A stretch of DNA of 63,841 nucleotides, the filler included, from Olpidium bornovanus S191 (Eukaryota; Fungi; Olpidiomycota), in the NCBI GenBank assembly GCA_017911155.1. It is 36 parts of 36 records of this genome, joined end to end, with 100 filler letters (N's around TTAATTAATTAA, not from the genome) between each part and the next. Parts side by side here need not be neighbours in the genome. Positions count along the whole stretch, not along the records: positions 47,433 to 49,520 come from JAEFCI010001232.1; positions 49,621 to 51,837 come from JAEFCI010005826.1; positions 51,938 to 54,997 come from JAEFCI010000500.1; positions 55,098 to 56,519 come from JAEFCI010005738.1; positions 56,620 to 57,853 come from JAEFCI010002778.1; positions 57,954 to 59,877 come from JAEFCI010011653.1; positions 59,978 to 61,034 come from JAEFCI010009940.1; 29 more parts are not named here. One strand, 5' to 3'. Below, piece after piece: positions 48,637 through 61,023 of the stretch. The translations under genes were made by a program, and so were the position numbers. The notes below the pieces were generated by a model, which was not told where the DNA came from, made no database searches, and worked only from the letters and a program-made list of their open reading frames with translations. Position 1 is the first letter of the stretch. The number at the start of each line of letters is the position of its first letter.

Positions 48637-48672
48637 GCGGTGCCGTGCTCGGGGCTGAAGCCGTCTTCATGC
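48605..48672. repeat. Perfect 34-bp tandem duplication
   Basis: GGTGCCGTGCTCGGGGCTGAAGCCGTCTTCATGC x2. Confidence 0.95.
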
Positions 48673-49084
48673 GGTTTTGGTGGGGGACGCGCTGCGTAGC
48701 GAAGGTTAGACGTAGAGGTAGTGCTGCCTATCGTCGAGGCACCGGTTGCCTTGACACCGCACCTTAAACACTTTGCCTCTAAGAGCCCGTTGAAGTGCTC
48801 TTCAACGGATTAGCCGGTGATAACTGACGTGCTTCCCGTAGCGCCCATATCACCCGTACCGACCTTATACCAATGCGCTTTTGGTAGCGCTTGTAATGAC
48901 TTCGCTTCAACGTGCCCAACGAACCGCCCGCCCCGGTGGGCTGGACGGGGCACATCGAAGCGCCCGCCTCGGTGGGCTGGACGGCTTCCCCGAGGGGTAT
49001 AGAAACCCCTCCGGGGGAGCATGCCCACAGGCGAATTCGCGCTTCGCCCTCACCAGAACAAACACCACAACAAACAAACGCTTT

Positions 49085-49520
49085 CCGCCTCCATCCAAGC
49101 GCCGTGCCATCCCCGCCGCCCGCATCCGCTCACCGCGCCGCTTCCACCGCCTTGGGCCGCCTGCCGCGCCTGCCGCGCCGTCCGCGGCGCCTGCATCCAC
49201 CCGCCGCGGCGCCTGCATCCACCCGCCGCGCCGTCTGCGCCGCCTGCATCCGCCCGCCGCGCCGTCTGCGCCGCCTGCATCCGCCTGCCGCGCCGTCTGT
49301 GCCGCCTGCATCCGCCTGCCGCGCCGCTTCCGCCGCCTCCGGCCGCCCGCCGCGCCGCGTCCGCCGCCTGCATCCGCTCGCCGCGCCGCGTCCGCCGCGT
49401 CCGGCCGCCTCCGCGCCATCTCCGCCGCCTCCGGCCACCTCCACGCCATCTCCGCCGCCTCCGGCCACCTCTGCGCCGCCTGCATCCGCTCGCCGCGCCA
49501 TCTCCACCGCTTCCTGCCGC
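49085..49520. repeat. GC-rich degenerate minisatellite (CGCCTGCATCCGC-containing units)
   Basis: Recurrent gccgcctgcatccgc/cgccgcgccg units produce stop-free ORFs in several frames. Confidence 0.85.
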
Positions 49521-49928
49521 NNNNNNNNNNNNNNNNNNNNNNNNNNNNNNNNNNNNNNNNNNNNTTAATTAATTAANNNNNNNNNNNNNNNNNNNNNNNN
49601 NNNNNNNNNNNNNNNNNNNNACAATCAAGGATTGATAATGAAAAGCATTTATATAAGCCATCTTTTCGTATGGAAACGTGATGAGATCCGCGGACCTGGA
49701 TAGAGAGTCGCTTTGTGGGAGGGTTCTTTAAGAGATTCATGCGGTTGCGGTAGCAGCCTACACGGACGATTGTATCCGATTTCCACATAAGGCCCTTGTC
49801 GTTCCTCGGAGAAATAGACTCAAACCACTATTCATGTGGTGCGATGTGCTTGCATGACGTGGATATTGTATGAACAAGGCCAAACAAACATGCGCTCGCA
49901 ATCAATTCGTACTTGCCGGGTGCTATTG

Positions 49929-51645
49929 TCACGCCTTTCCTTCGCTCTTCACGATATGCCGCTTCTGCTGATGTTCGGCATCCAGCTTTTCGTTCTCTTC
50001 CTCCTCTGACTCAGGTTCCCCTCCGCGAACCCTCTGCATCCCTCTAACGATCTCTCCGCACCTGAGGCACTGCCATTTCGGTTCCGCCATCTTCTCCGAC
50101 GCGAGGCAAAAGTAGCAGTATACGTGTCCGCAGGGCAGGGCGCGGCTTGGCGTGTGGACGTCCACAAGCGGCGCGGATGCGGAGGGCGTCCCGCCGGCGT
50201 CCGCATCGTCGTCGGCCCGATCGTAGCATATTGCGCACACCCGCACCGGGAGTTTCGCCAAAAAGTCTGCCCTCCGGCGCTCCGACGTCCGCGAGACGAG
50301 GAGCCGGGAAAGAATGCGGCGAGCCCGACGGATGTTTATGAGCGGAATTAGATAGAAGAAAAATTCCTTGTGCAAGCGGACCAGCATTGTAAGCAGGGGG
50401 CTTATGCAGCACATCACGTAGCGCTACTGCAAAACTCACCGTGAAAGCGTGCCAAACGAGTTGCCGGTTTAGAAATTCAAAACTGACTCGGCGACCCGTC
50501 TCCCGCCGAGCGTACACCAGTCGTATCCCCAACATGCGGTCGATTATCGTGCGATACCTGACGTTCGAAGAACCAAATCATGACTATTATGCGATAGCAT
50601 AAGCGTGAACCGGAATTACGACTGACCTACGCACTTTCCATCATATAGAAAAAGAAGGAAATTACCCAAGCTAATTGCTCTATATGCGTTTTCGATTTTC
50701 CGCAAGGCAGACCATATTTTCCATCGTATATCGCCCTGAGAAACCGTAAGAACGTGGGTTTCGTAGACGCGAATTTTTAACTGGCGAGACTAGAAATAAG
50801 GCAACTGGTACATGGTCCGCTGTCCGACCTGTTACCTCAAACTGTTCTACCCAGCCGTGCACGGCGGAAGCCCGCATTATTCGCAGCCACGCCCACGGCA
50901 CACCGACATGTAGCAACGCGTGGAGCCGTTTCTGGATCGTTGTTGGTGCCGGATTACGGTTGGCGTCGCCCCGTACTGTGCGGGACAGGGACGTGTGTCG
51001 AGCATGGTAATGCTGAGGCAGCCGCCAAACGATTTCTGAAGAAAGTTCGCGCTCTCTATGGGATGCCCGACGCTCTCCCGGATAATAGAAAACGCACACC
51101 GGGAAAAACCACGAATGGATTGCCGGACGGACGCACGCACTTCCGCGTTCGTTCCGGTACGTCAGATTCTGGAGCTGGCACCCATAGCTCGCGGAGGCCG
51201 CGCTCTGTACGAGGAGGGAATGCGCCGCGAAGCAGAGCAGTGCGATCAGCTCGGGCTCGAGAAGGTCCCTGAACCGTGGCTTGGACGCAGGGAGCGTTCC
51301 CCAACCGGGAACACCCCAATGAGGGGAGCAAAAGGGACACGGGCACACTGGTGTCAGCAGCTTGCGCGAAGCTGGCTTCCGGCAAGAGTGTCCTCAAAGC
51401 TGAGGGAGAGCGGAGCACACCTTAAACAGCTTCAGGCCGTCCCCCAGCTCGTCCTTGAGCAGGCCGAACAGCTCGTCGTCCAGAAGGTCCGCGTCGAGCT
51501 GGCGCACCCTCGCGATGCGCAGCGGGAAGGCGGGCAAGAACGGCCGGCGCTCTTGCGGGCAGGCAGAGGCGACCGCACCACCGGCGGCTGCCGGCAGCAA
51601 CGCAGACGGCGCGTGCCGGCTGCCTGGATCTTGTTCGCCGGCCAT
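49929..51645 (-). CDS. PEX2: Peroxin-2 RING finger protein, complete, spliced
   Basis: RVRQLDADLLDDELFGLL; SYGCQLQNLTY; RRVSFEFLNRQLVWHAFT|EFFFYLIPLIN; CAIC...PCGHVYCYFCL...CLRCG. Confidence 0.95.
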
Positions 51646-51749
51646 GCCTGAGCAGAGAGTGTGGCGTCGTGTGGGCCAGCAAGGGAAGGCAAATTGGAGG
51701 TGGGACGGCTGGAACAATTACGGGGGGAGGCAAATCGCCAGGATAACGC

Positions 51750-51820
<71 letters not shown>

Positions 51821-51965
51821 AACGGCACGCCGACCGCNNNNNNNNNNNNNNNNNNNNNNNNNNNNNNNNNNNNNNNNNNNNTTAATTAATTAANNNNNNN
51901 NNNNNNNNNNNNNNNNNNNNNNNNNNNNNNNNNNNNNCATTTAACGGCCGGCTGTCGGCATACAG

Positions 51966-53915
51966 GTCCAGGATGGTGAGGAAGTGGTCCAGTCCGGCAG
52001 CCTAGCGGCAACGAGGAAATATATTAATAACGGCTGTCCTTTCGCCAGCTCAAGCATGGATGGCTTGTTTCTGGAGGTCGGGGCGTACCGTGTGCAGTTT
52101 CAGCCTGCCGGAAACCTGACTCTGGAAATCAACCAATACTCTTGGCACCACCAAGCAAACGTTCTTTTTGGTTCGTCAGGGGGAGTACCATCCTCGACGG
52201 CACGAGCTGTTGTTCCTCTTCTGAAACGAACCGACTCGACTTTTTTGCGACAGTCGACCAACCGTATGAAACTGGTTTCAGCTACGCAAACGATGTGGCA
52301 GTCACCCACGCTGAGGTGCCGGCTTGTTTGGCGTTGACGCGGAGAGCGAGACGTACTCGATTTGACGAAGCTCACCGCCGTCGCAGGTGACCAAGCGCTT
52401 TCTCACGTTTCTTGACGAGTTTTTCACAACATTTCCGCAGTTCGCCACCGACGAGGTACCAGAACCTGGCGACATATTCCCAGCAGCATCATCACCCGAC
52501 GATGCTGACTAACAAAAGGCGTAAAACCGTTCTCAGGTTTTTCTTACCGGCGAGAGTTACGCGGGTATTTTCATACCCAACATTGCATTGGCCCTGTTAA
52601 CTCAGAACAAGGAACGAACGACCAAGGTATGGAGGGAGAAGTAGCGCTGGTTCTGTGGCGTTGAGCTTGAGCTGACGGCTCAGATAAATCTCCGAGGGAT
52701 TGCAATAGGCAACGGGTGGATGGACCCCGAGACGCAGGTAACTTGCTAAACTATCCTCGGTCAAAGAAAAAAAAGTCGTTAATCATCTACGCTGATAATT
52801 TTGTTCCTGATCGTCTACAGTTTAGGTCATATATCCACTTTGCCTCAACTCGTGGTTTGCTCAGTGACGAGCACCTCGAAACCGCTAAGGGGCATCTGCA
52901 ATCGTGCGAGGCGAGTTTTGCCGGGAATAACACTGCCCCGCTGGGCAAGCAGGCGCACGCGTGCGATGAAATTTTGGGGGCAGTCCTGGCGCAGTCCACG
53001 GCGTGAGTCGTCCTCCGCGAAACCTCGCGGTAAGGATGAGAAAAATTCGACTTTTGCTGATCACTCACATTTTGTCCTCGTTCCAGAAACAACGGCAGAA
53101 ATAATTGTGTGAACTACTACGACATCAGGCTCGCGGACAGCAGTTGCGGTCAGCAGTGGCCTGCTCCGCTGGAGCATGTGACGGCCTATCTCAACGTAAA
53201 CCGCCGTGTTGCACCAACGTTGAACCTGCGTTTCGTTTAGGCTGACCGTGCATTCCCGCACCACGCTTTCAGCAACCAGAAGTTGTCAACGCGGTTAACG
53301 CGGGTGGCAAGGTCGGGGGATGGAAGGAGTGCGCCGGGAGCGTCGATAGAGGCCTTGAGCCCGAAAGCAGCATATCTTCGTATCAGGTGTGTCTGCCGTC
53401 GTGTTCCTGATCACACGTATTTGGCAACGCCATTACGTTACGCCATATGACGCGGGGCATCGTCTTTTCAGCTCTTCCCGGAAATCCTTGCGGAGATTCC
53501 CGTGCTGCTCTTCGCCGGCGACCAGGACTTGATATGCAACTACGAGGGCATCGAGCAGATGATATCCCGGATTTCATGGAACGGCGGCACAGGATTCGCG
53601 AACGAGGACCGGGAGCTGCTGTGGAAGGTCGGCCCCGCCGGCGGGACGGCCGAGCCCGCGGGGACGTACCGGACGGCGCGCAACCTGACGTACGTCAAAA
53701 TATTCAACGCGTCGCACATGGTCGCCTGGGACAAGCCAGCGGAGGCGATGGACATGATTCATCGCTTCGTCGGACTGGGCGGCGGCGTGGGCGTCCAGAG
53801 CTGGATCGAGGGCGAGCCGGACGTTCCGGCGAGTCCGACCGGCCCGCCGCTGACGGAGATCCCGCCGGACGCCGCCGAAAAGAGCGCGACGGTCCCGTGG
53901 GCGCTGCTGAGGTGA
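51966..53915 (+). CDS. KEX1: Serine carboxypeptidase S10 (Kex1-like), multi-exon, partial
   Basis: GPGC|SSMDGLFLEVG, VDQPYETGFSY, GESYAG (catalytic Ser), GIAIGNGWMDP, VLLFAGDQDLICN, NASHMVAWDKP (catalytic His). Confidence 0.9.
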
Positions 53916-55359
53916 GAGGGCTGAAGCGGCCGCGCGTTATTGGGTGGGCGGTGTATCCGGGTGAATTTGGCTTGCGCGCGAGTTTGCCCGCAAGTGGGGG
54001 AGCTCATAATACTGCCACCAGGCTTTTTTGCGCCAACCAATGTCGCATCAGACGTGCCGGCTGATCGTCGCCTTTTCCTTTCTTTTCTTTTGTTTTAATG
54101 TCTTTATTTGATTTTTTTTTCTGATTTTTTAACTTCCTCGCCACCCCTCGATTGGGTGCTTCTTCAAGTTTTGCATTCCTCGTCTTAGCAAGCCTCTGCG
54201 TCGCGTGCTTCGTCGTCACAAAAAGACGGAAGGGGTGGACGTGGCGAAACCTGTTCGCCAAGCGAGATCCCTACGCGGAAATGTAAAGATACATGCGTGC
54301 GCGAACGGGGGGCCTTCCGGAACCCCCCCCCCACTGCGCGAAGTTCCGCGCTGACGTTTTCCCGCCTATCATTTTCTCTTTTCAAAAAAAAAAAAAAAAA
54401 TATCAAGCAACAACGAGCTGGACGTCTGGTCCCAGGAAATCAGGTTCAGCATCGACGAATAGTTTATTCCTCCCCCCCTCTTCCCCCCCCTTCTTCCCCC
54501 CCCCCCCCCCCCCCCCCCAAAGCATTTTATCCGCCCTCGATCCTCTTTGGAACGAGCGTTAGAGCCGGGAAGAAAACTTCCTTTTTTTTATCCGTAGAGG
54601 TATTGCTAGAACGATAGTCTGGACTTCTACACGAGGGCGGGTGAAGGGTGTCCTGAATGCGCGGTTGTGTGAATATGTATATATACATATATATATGTAT
54701 ACGGAGACCTCGGAAAGTTGCTGGGTGGGTTGGGGTGGGGGCTTTTTTTTTGGTTTGATTGCTTCAGCGAGGTGGGGTGTCAGGACTGTCGCTTCCAAAA
54801 TCATGTACCCACACGTAGTAACGCAGACAATAAAAACAAAAGAAAACCCGCCATGAACCCAACCGTAGCAGAGCCCGCGCCGCTTGCAGAGCCCGCGCCG
54901 CTTGAGTTTTCGACCCGCCTAAGCATTTGGTGACAATCTCGAATTTGGGTCGAAGACAGCTGTTTTGGGTTCGGCCATACATTCGGTGACAGTCTCANNN
55001 NNNNNNNNNNNNNNNNNNNNNNNNNNNNNNNNNNNNNNNNNTTAATTAATTAANNNNNNNNNNNNNNNNNNNNNNNNNNNNNNNNNNNNNNNNNNNNACG
55101 GGCGTGGCGCGCCCGCGGGCGGTGAGGGGGAGGGGAGGGGAGGGGAGAAGCGGAAGGGGCCAAGCATAAGGCAGCAAAAAAAAAAAGAAAAGACCCCCCA
55201 ACATTTATACGTTCCATGGGGGGGGGGGGACGTCTCCGCAGCAGAAGGGAAAGGGGGGGGGGGGCCTCCGTCGTAGCCGGGACCCTTTTTTGCCCTCTCT
55301 TCCTCTCGTCTCGCTTGCGATAATGACGTCGCAGAACTAAAAATACAGTTCCAGCACAT

Positions 55360-55830
55360 CTTTGCTATCCTGCAGGAGCAACAGAAAAAGAAAAGCGGAC
55401 ACCCGACTTCTGGCGGCGAGAGCGATGAAGAGCGTCGTTACCGACATCATAAGCGCGAAAAGGAGAAGAAACCCTGTCGCCCTTACCCTGAATCAGACTC
55501 CGAAATGGAGGACAATGAGGACAGACTCACCTTCTCTATGATCAAGCTCCTTCCAGATGACGTCCAACCATATGAAAGACACGGCGGACCATCAACTCTT
55601 GAAGTTTCCACTAAGTTCCAAACTTTCTACAAACAAGCCCGACAGGCACGCGTCAAAAAGCCTCTACTTGTTTTTCAGGCAATAGAAAAACTCACCAAGT
55701 CAACAGCAACCTTCCAGATTGCCCATGACAAAAAAATATGCACACGGAAATCCGGAGCACATAACGACATGGCCGCAGCTGCGCCAAGCGCCAACAGACA
55801 GATTCTATCCAACGAAACATAAAAGAATTG
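55360..55830 (+). mobile_element. LTR-retrotransposon gag remnant (frameshifted)
   Basis: KFQTFYKQARQARVKKPLLVFQAIEKLTKSTATF, then in another frame ITTWPQLRQAPTDRFYP, resembling the gag TW..LK.AL..RF motif. Confidence 0.5.
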
Positions 55831-58800
55831 GCTCGAGACAGGCGGCTTTTCCTTCACCCTCCACATGTACGACTCTGTAAACGGCGACAATGGCGGATTC
55901 CGGTCTCTGTTTGCACAATTACCTGAGCAGGATGATGTTGACAAGAACATTATTGCCGCATACACAAAAAACACTACCAAATGCATTCGAAAAGAAGCTT
56001 CTTTTTATGGCTGCTGTGGTATTGCTAAGTAAACATTATGAATAACATTTCTCGATTTTCACAACACGTGCAGAGTGGCCTAAGGTCGAAGGCCGGCATT
56101 CATTCGCCAACCATACACCAACCAAAAGCAAGAAGAGCAAATTTGGAAAAGGTAATGCGCATGAGTCGCCGAGCAACAACAACAACAACAACAAGCCCGA
56201 GACATTGACAGATTTAATTGAGCTTTGGCACAACAAAACGCGATGAGACTGTTCTCAGCAACAATCATCATCAACGCCATCCCAAACCATCGTTGCCTTT
56301 CTCCAGGGACCCTCCCTCCCCCCCCTTCTAATTCCCTCCCCCCCCCGCCCCCCCCCCCCCCCACCCCCCCCCCCCCCCCCCCAACGACAAGACCAAAAAA
56401 AAAAAAAAAATAAAAAAAAAATAAAATAAAAAAGAAGCGCGCTCGGCGTTCCGGAGCAGCAAGCAGCCGCGCAAGTTTGAAAACGAACACCTCTTCACAC
56501 ATGGCCGCGTCAGCTGTACNNNNNNNNNNNNNNNNNNNNNNNNNNNNNNNNNNNNNNNNNNNNTTAATTAATTAANNNNNNNNNNNNNNNNNNNNNNNNN
56601 NNNNNNNNNNNNNNNNNNNGGAGCGGGCCGGACCGTTTCCCGGGAGAGACGGAGAGAGAAGATGGCGCGCGTCGTCGGGGCGGGACGCGCCCGCCCGCGC
56701 GCGAGCGTTCTCCCACGGGAAAACTCGCGACGCGCGCGCCAAATTTCCCTCTCACAGTCCGACTTCTCTCCGCGCCAGCTATGAACGCGTAAACACACGC
56801 AATCCGCCAACCCGCCCCCCGCCCGTAATCTACACTCTCTCCACCTTCTCCCTTGCACAACCCACCCACGCTTCGCGCAAGGGGACGCGCGCCGAACGCG
56901 CCGCTTTCTAGGGAGAGGGCGAAGTAGAGCGAGGAAAAAAGAGAGAAAAGGGGGGAAGGGAGACAGAGAGTGAGGTAGATAGGGAGAGGCTCAGCCACCA
57001 GAGTTCAACCAAACCCCGGCGAAACAGGCACGACGGAAAACAGAGAAAAAAAGTCCATTCACACTGTTTTCACACGTGCCGCTGCACCCGCGGGCCCCTG
57101 CGTTTTATGTCATTTGTTTTCTTTTTTTTAATCCAGTGAAAACCGCTGAGGACGGACCAAAAAAAAAACAAACCAAAAAGGCGCGCGAGCGTAGGGGGAA
57201 GGGATGCATTGTACAGTCTTTCGCGCAAACGCCGGGCGTGAGCGGAGGAGGGCGGGGGGGGGGGGTTACTCGGTTTTGGGCGTCAAACGCGTTTCGCTAC
57301 TCTCCCCACCTCCGCGCGAACCTCGCACAAACAGGTTCATTTTTTCGCTCTCCCGGTCACGAGCTTTTTCTGTGCGAAAATAATCTATTCCCCTCCCGCA
57401 ACCGATGTGCTTTGTGTGGGGGGTTGAGGAGGTGGGGGGAAGAGTATGTTTGGTGTCCCAACGACCTTCCTTTTTGTAGTGTCAAACGGCCGAGACCTGT
57501 CAGGGAACTTTGAGTTCCCTCGGACACCGCAAACCCAACACCCCATCGCGTGGGCGCATCGAATCCCTCAGGACACCGTCTTTTTGCTTCTGCGCACCAT
57601 CGGTCTAGTTGCGTGTGTTTCGGACTGTCGACAGGCAAAAACAAAAAAAACAAAAAAAAAAAAAAAAAAGGAAAAATTTGTTTCGGACAATCAAGAACAA
57701 GGGCGTAAAATGCGAGGCCCGGCTGCGGGTAAGGTTAATCACCGGGAAACAAAGCCTTTCAATTACACACTCCTCAGGAGGTTATTTGGCGGATGTGACG
57801 GGGAGTCGCGGAGTTTTCAGGTGTTTCGCGGGCTTTCCGCTCGGGTGATGCCCNNNNNNNNNNNNNNNNNNNNNNNNNNNNNNNNNNNNNNNNNNNNTTA
57901 ATTAATTAANNNNNNNNNNNNNNNNNNNNNNNNNNNNNNNNNNNNNNNNNNNNAAGGGGACCGGGCGCGCCCGAGCGTTTTGAACAAGCTTTTTGTGCCG
58001 AGAACCGTTTGTTGTTGGAATAAGGAAAGGGGCGGGGGGTTTGTTCGGTCGCCGCCGTGTTTCGAAGGCGCCGCCGCCGAGGCGGACGTTGCGGCGACGT
58101 TCTGCGGCGTTCCGGCCCACGCCCCTCGCCCCCCCCCCTCCCCTTCTCCCCCGGCTCTCAAAACGGCGTCTTGTCCCGCAACAGGGACCCTGAAAATCTT
58201 TCGAACTGGCCCCTCCCTCAACCCCCCGGCATTAGTAACCAACTCCCTATCTCGCCCCCTCGCTTCGTTTACATCATACTGTTCTAATTTAAAGCAATAG
58301 GCACATTTTTGGTTTTTTTTTTGTTTTGTTTTGCTGGGGGGTAGGTGGGGAAGCGGTGGCGAGCGGGGCGAAGAGGGTGAGGCGATTCGGAAAAACGGCG
58401 GGTTATGTTTTTCCGGTCTCCCGGTGCGTCTCTCTCTCTGCCTCTCTCACTCGGTTCTTTCCGCCCTCCGCCCTCTCATTCTCTCTCTCTTCCTCTCTCT
58501 CGTTCACCCCCTCCCCTCCTCCCCTCCCGCCGCCCCCTCACTCTACCACCCCACAAATTTCGCTCGCTCGCTCTCTCTGCTCTCTCTGCTCTCTCTCGCT
58601 CTCTCGCTCTCTTATCAGACTTCTGCCTTTTGCCCTCGGAGGCTCCAATCTAAATATGATATTTATCTGGCTTTCGTTCTCTCTCTCTCCGCACGCTGCA
58701 GAACGAGGTTAAACGAAACAGCTGCACGACCTTGACAGCACGCCACACCGCCCCCCCACCCGCTCTCGAGCAAGGGGAAGGAAGGGAGGAGGATGAGGAG

Positions 58801-59663
58801 GAAGGGAGAGATGCCCCCCCCCCCCCCCCCTCCTCCTCCTACCCCCACGCCCCAGCCATTATCAGTTGCGCAGTTTGAAAACTCGTCTGTTTTGGAGATA
58901 AATAGAGCATTTCAACTCCCGCCCCCCCTCCCCTTGCCGCCGTTTCCCGCCTACCCCGCCCCGGCGCCCCATAGTGCTTCCTCGGTTCAGTTTTGCCCCG
59001 CTGCCAACTGCGGGTTACCCGATCATGTACGTACCTCTGCGCGGGGAGAAAAAACTGCGGGGGGGTGCTGAGCCCCCCCCCCCTCCCCCCCGGAGGTTAG
59101 CGGGGTGGGGAGGGGAGGGCCGGTCAGTTTTTACGTTTTTCGTGTTTACAACCGCTGACGCGTCTGAGCCGCCGGTTCTCTCCCTTTCCCCCTTCGCGCC
59201 GTGCCCCTTGGAAGTCGCCGCCTCCGACTTCCGATCCAGTGGGTTTTTGTTTTCCCAGGTTTCCGGCACCCTTCAACCGCCATCAAGCTGTTCTGTGGTT
59301 CGTCCCGCCCAGCCGGCCCTCCCCGCCGCCGGCTTTCCCCCCCGCCCCCCCCACACCGCCACCCCCCCCGCGCGGCGGAGGCCGTCATCTCCCCCTATTT
59401 CGTCCGGCTCCCCACAAACCAACTGCGGGGGCCTTTTTCCTTCCCACTTTCTTTCCCGTCTCAGCCCGCCCCCTTTCCCGCGTCCCCCTTTTCCCACACT
59501 TGCTTTTTTCCTTTTACCCGGCAAGGAGATATACTCTCCCCCCCCCCATCCTCCTCCTCCCTTTCTTCCTTGCCCTGTTTTCCGTTGCTCTTCTCTCTCT
59601 CTTTCTCTTTCTCTCTTTTTCTCTCTCACTCTCTGTGATCTTCCTCGCTCTCCCTTTCTGTCT

Positions 59664-59695
<32 letters not shown>

Positions 59696-59804
59696 CCGCC
59701 AAGCGCTCCGTTGTCCGCCGGGTGTGTGGTGAGGGGGGAAAAGGGGCCAAAGGGGGGCCCCCCCACATACCCTATCAGGGGCGAGACGGGTAAACCACCC
59801 GAAA

Positions 59805-59877
<73 letters not shown>

Positions 59878-59977
59878 NNNNNNNNNNNNNNNNNNNNNNN
59901 NNNNNNNNNNNNNNNNNNNNNTTAATTAATTAANNNNNNNNNNNNNNNNNNNNNNNNNNNNNNNNNNNNNNNNNNNN

Positions 59978-60654
59978 CATGATGTCCTCGAGGTCGGGGC
60001 TCAGCGGGCGGCCGTCGGCGGTGGCAGTCGAATAGATATCAGTCATCTTCGCGATGATTTCTGACAACTCCTTCTGGAGAGCCGGATCGGTCGGGGTTCC
60101 ACTGCCGTCCAGCCGCAGGGAGAAAAGTTGGCGTTTTTCATCATCCGTTAGGTCCGGAAACTCTACATACTTTCTCGACTCATTGACGAACGAGAGGTGC
60201 TGTTGCGGTGATGGACGGGAAGTGAGATAACTGGGCCATTCGGAATTGCGTCGACTGCCGTCCCACAAATATCTAGCAAAGCGATGCGGGACCAACCTTG
60301 TCGTTCCACATCAGCTGGGCCGCAGTGGCCAACTCCCGGTTCGCGTCGGTAAGGTTTGTGGCATAAGCCCAGTCTGCCTCAGTCACGGTCGGCAGAAATT
60401 CTGAAAGTTCTCTGTCGCTGGAGCCGGGCGGAGAAAGCGGAGTACGCGTTTTGTCTGATTTCCGTACCTTTTGCCACACACCGGAAGCGAACGCGTGAGG
60501 CGCGCAGAAACACTCACACCCGCTCGAGGAACGCCGAAACGCCGCCGCCGTCGAGGAACGCCGACGATCCCGGCCGCTGGACGCGGAAACGCGGAACGGC
60601 AGCTCGGGCGGCTGCGCCCAGCCCGACCAGGGCCACAAGGCGGACAACCCTCAT
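59978..60654 (-). CDS. Angiotensin-converting-enzyme-like peptidyl-dipeptidase (peptidase M2), secreted, 5' three exons
   Basis: Exons 60654-60518, 60417-60297 and 60199-59978 splice in frame: MRVVRLVALVGLGAAARA...AFLERVDRELSEFLPTVTEADWAYATNLTDANRELATAAQLMWNDKHLSFVNESRKY...EKRQLFSLRLDGSGTPTDPALQKELSEIIAKMTDIYSTATADGRPLSPDLEDIM. The HEXXH region lies beyond the gap. Confidence 0.85.
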
Positions 60655-60971
60655 TCCGGCACGGTCGATCTAGCTCGCGTCGTCGCCTCTTGGCCCCGAT
60701 CCGCCGATTATCGCCTGATGACGCGCGCGGGGCGGGTAAGTGGGGGGAAAAGGGGCGCGCGCTTAGGCGCTCTCGTGCGGGCGCGCGAAAAATGCGCCGG
60801 GGCTGCGAGGAAAGGAAGTCGCGCGTGGCTCGGCGCCGGACGGGAAGGAGACGTGTGCCGCCGCCCTTTTCCCCTCCCCGGCCCCTTTTCCCGAGAGGGG
60901 AGTGTGGGGGAAAACGGGGTCGGGGCGGGGGGGCCAGCGGGAAGGCGCGCGGGGGGGGGGGGGGGGGGGGG

Positions 60972-61023
<52 letters not shown>

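Noticed and set aside
48907-49572. Several 180-230 aa Arg/Ala/Pro ORFs on both strands
   Set aside because: Products of a stop-free GC-rich minisatellite.
59091-59800. Long Pro/Phe/Leu/Ser ORFs
   Set aside because: Low-complexity pyrimidine-rich non-coding sequence with CT microsatellites.
43643-60654. Peptide precursor, Kex1 and ACE as a peptide-maturation gene cluster
   Set aside because: Three unlinked contigs; there is no evidence of physical or functional linkage.
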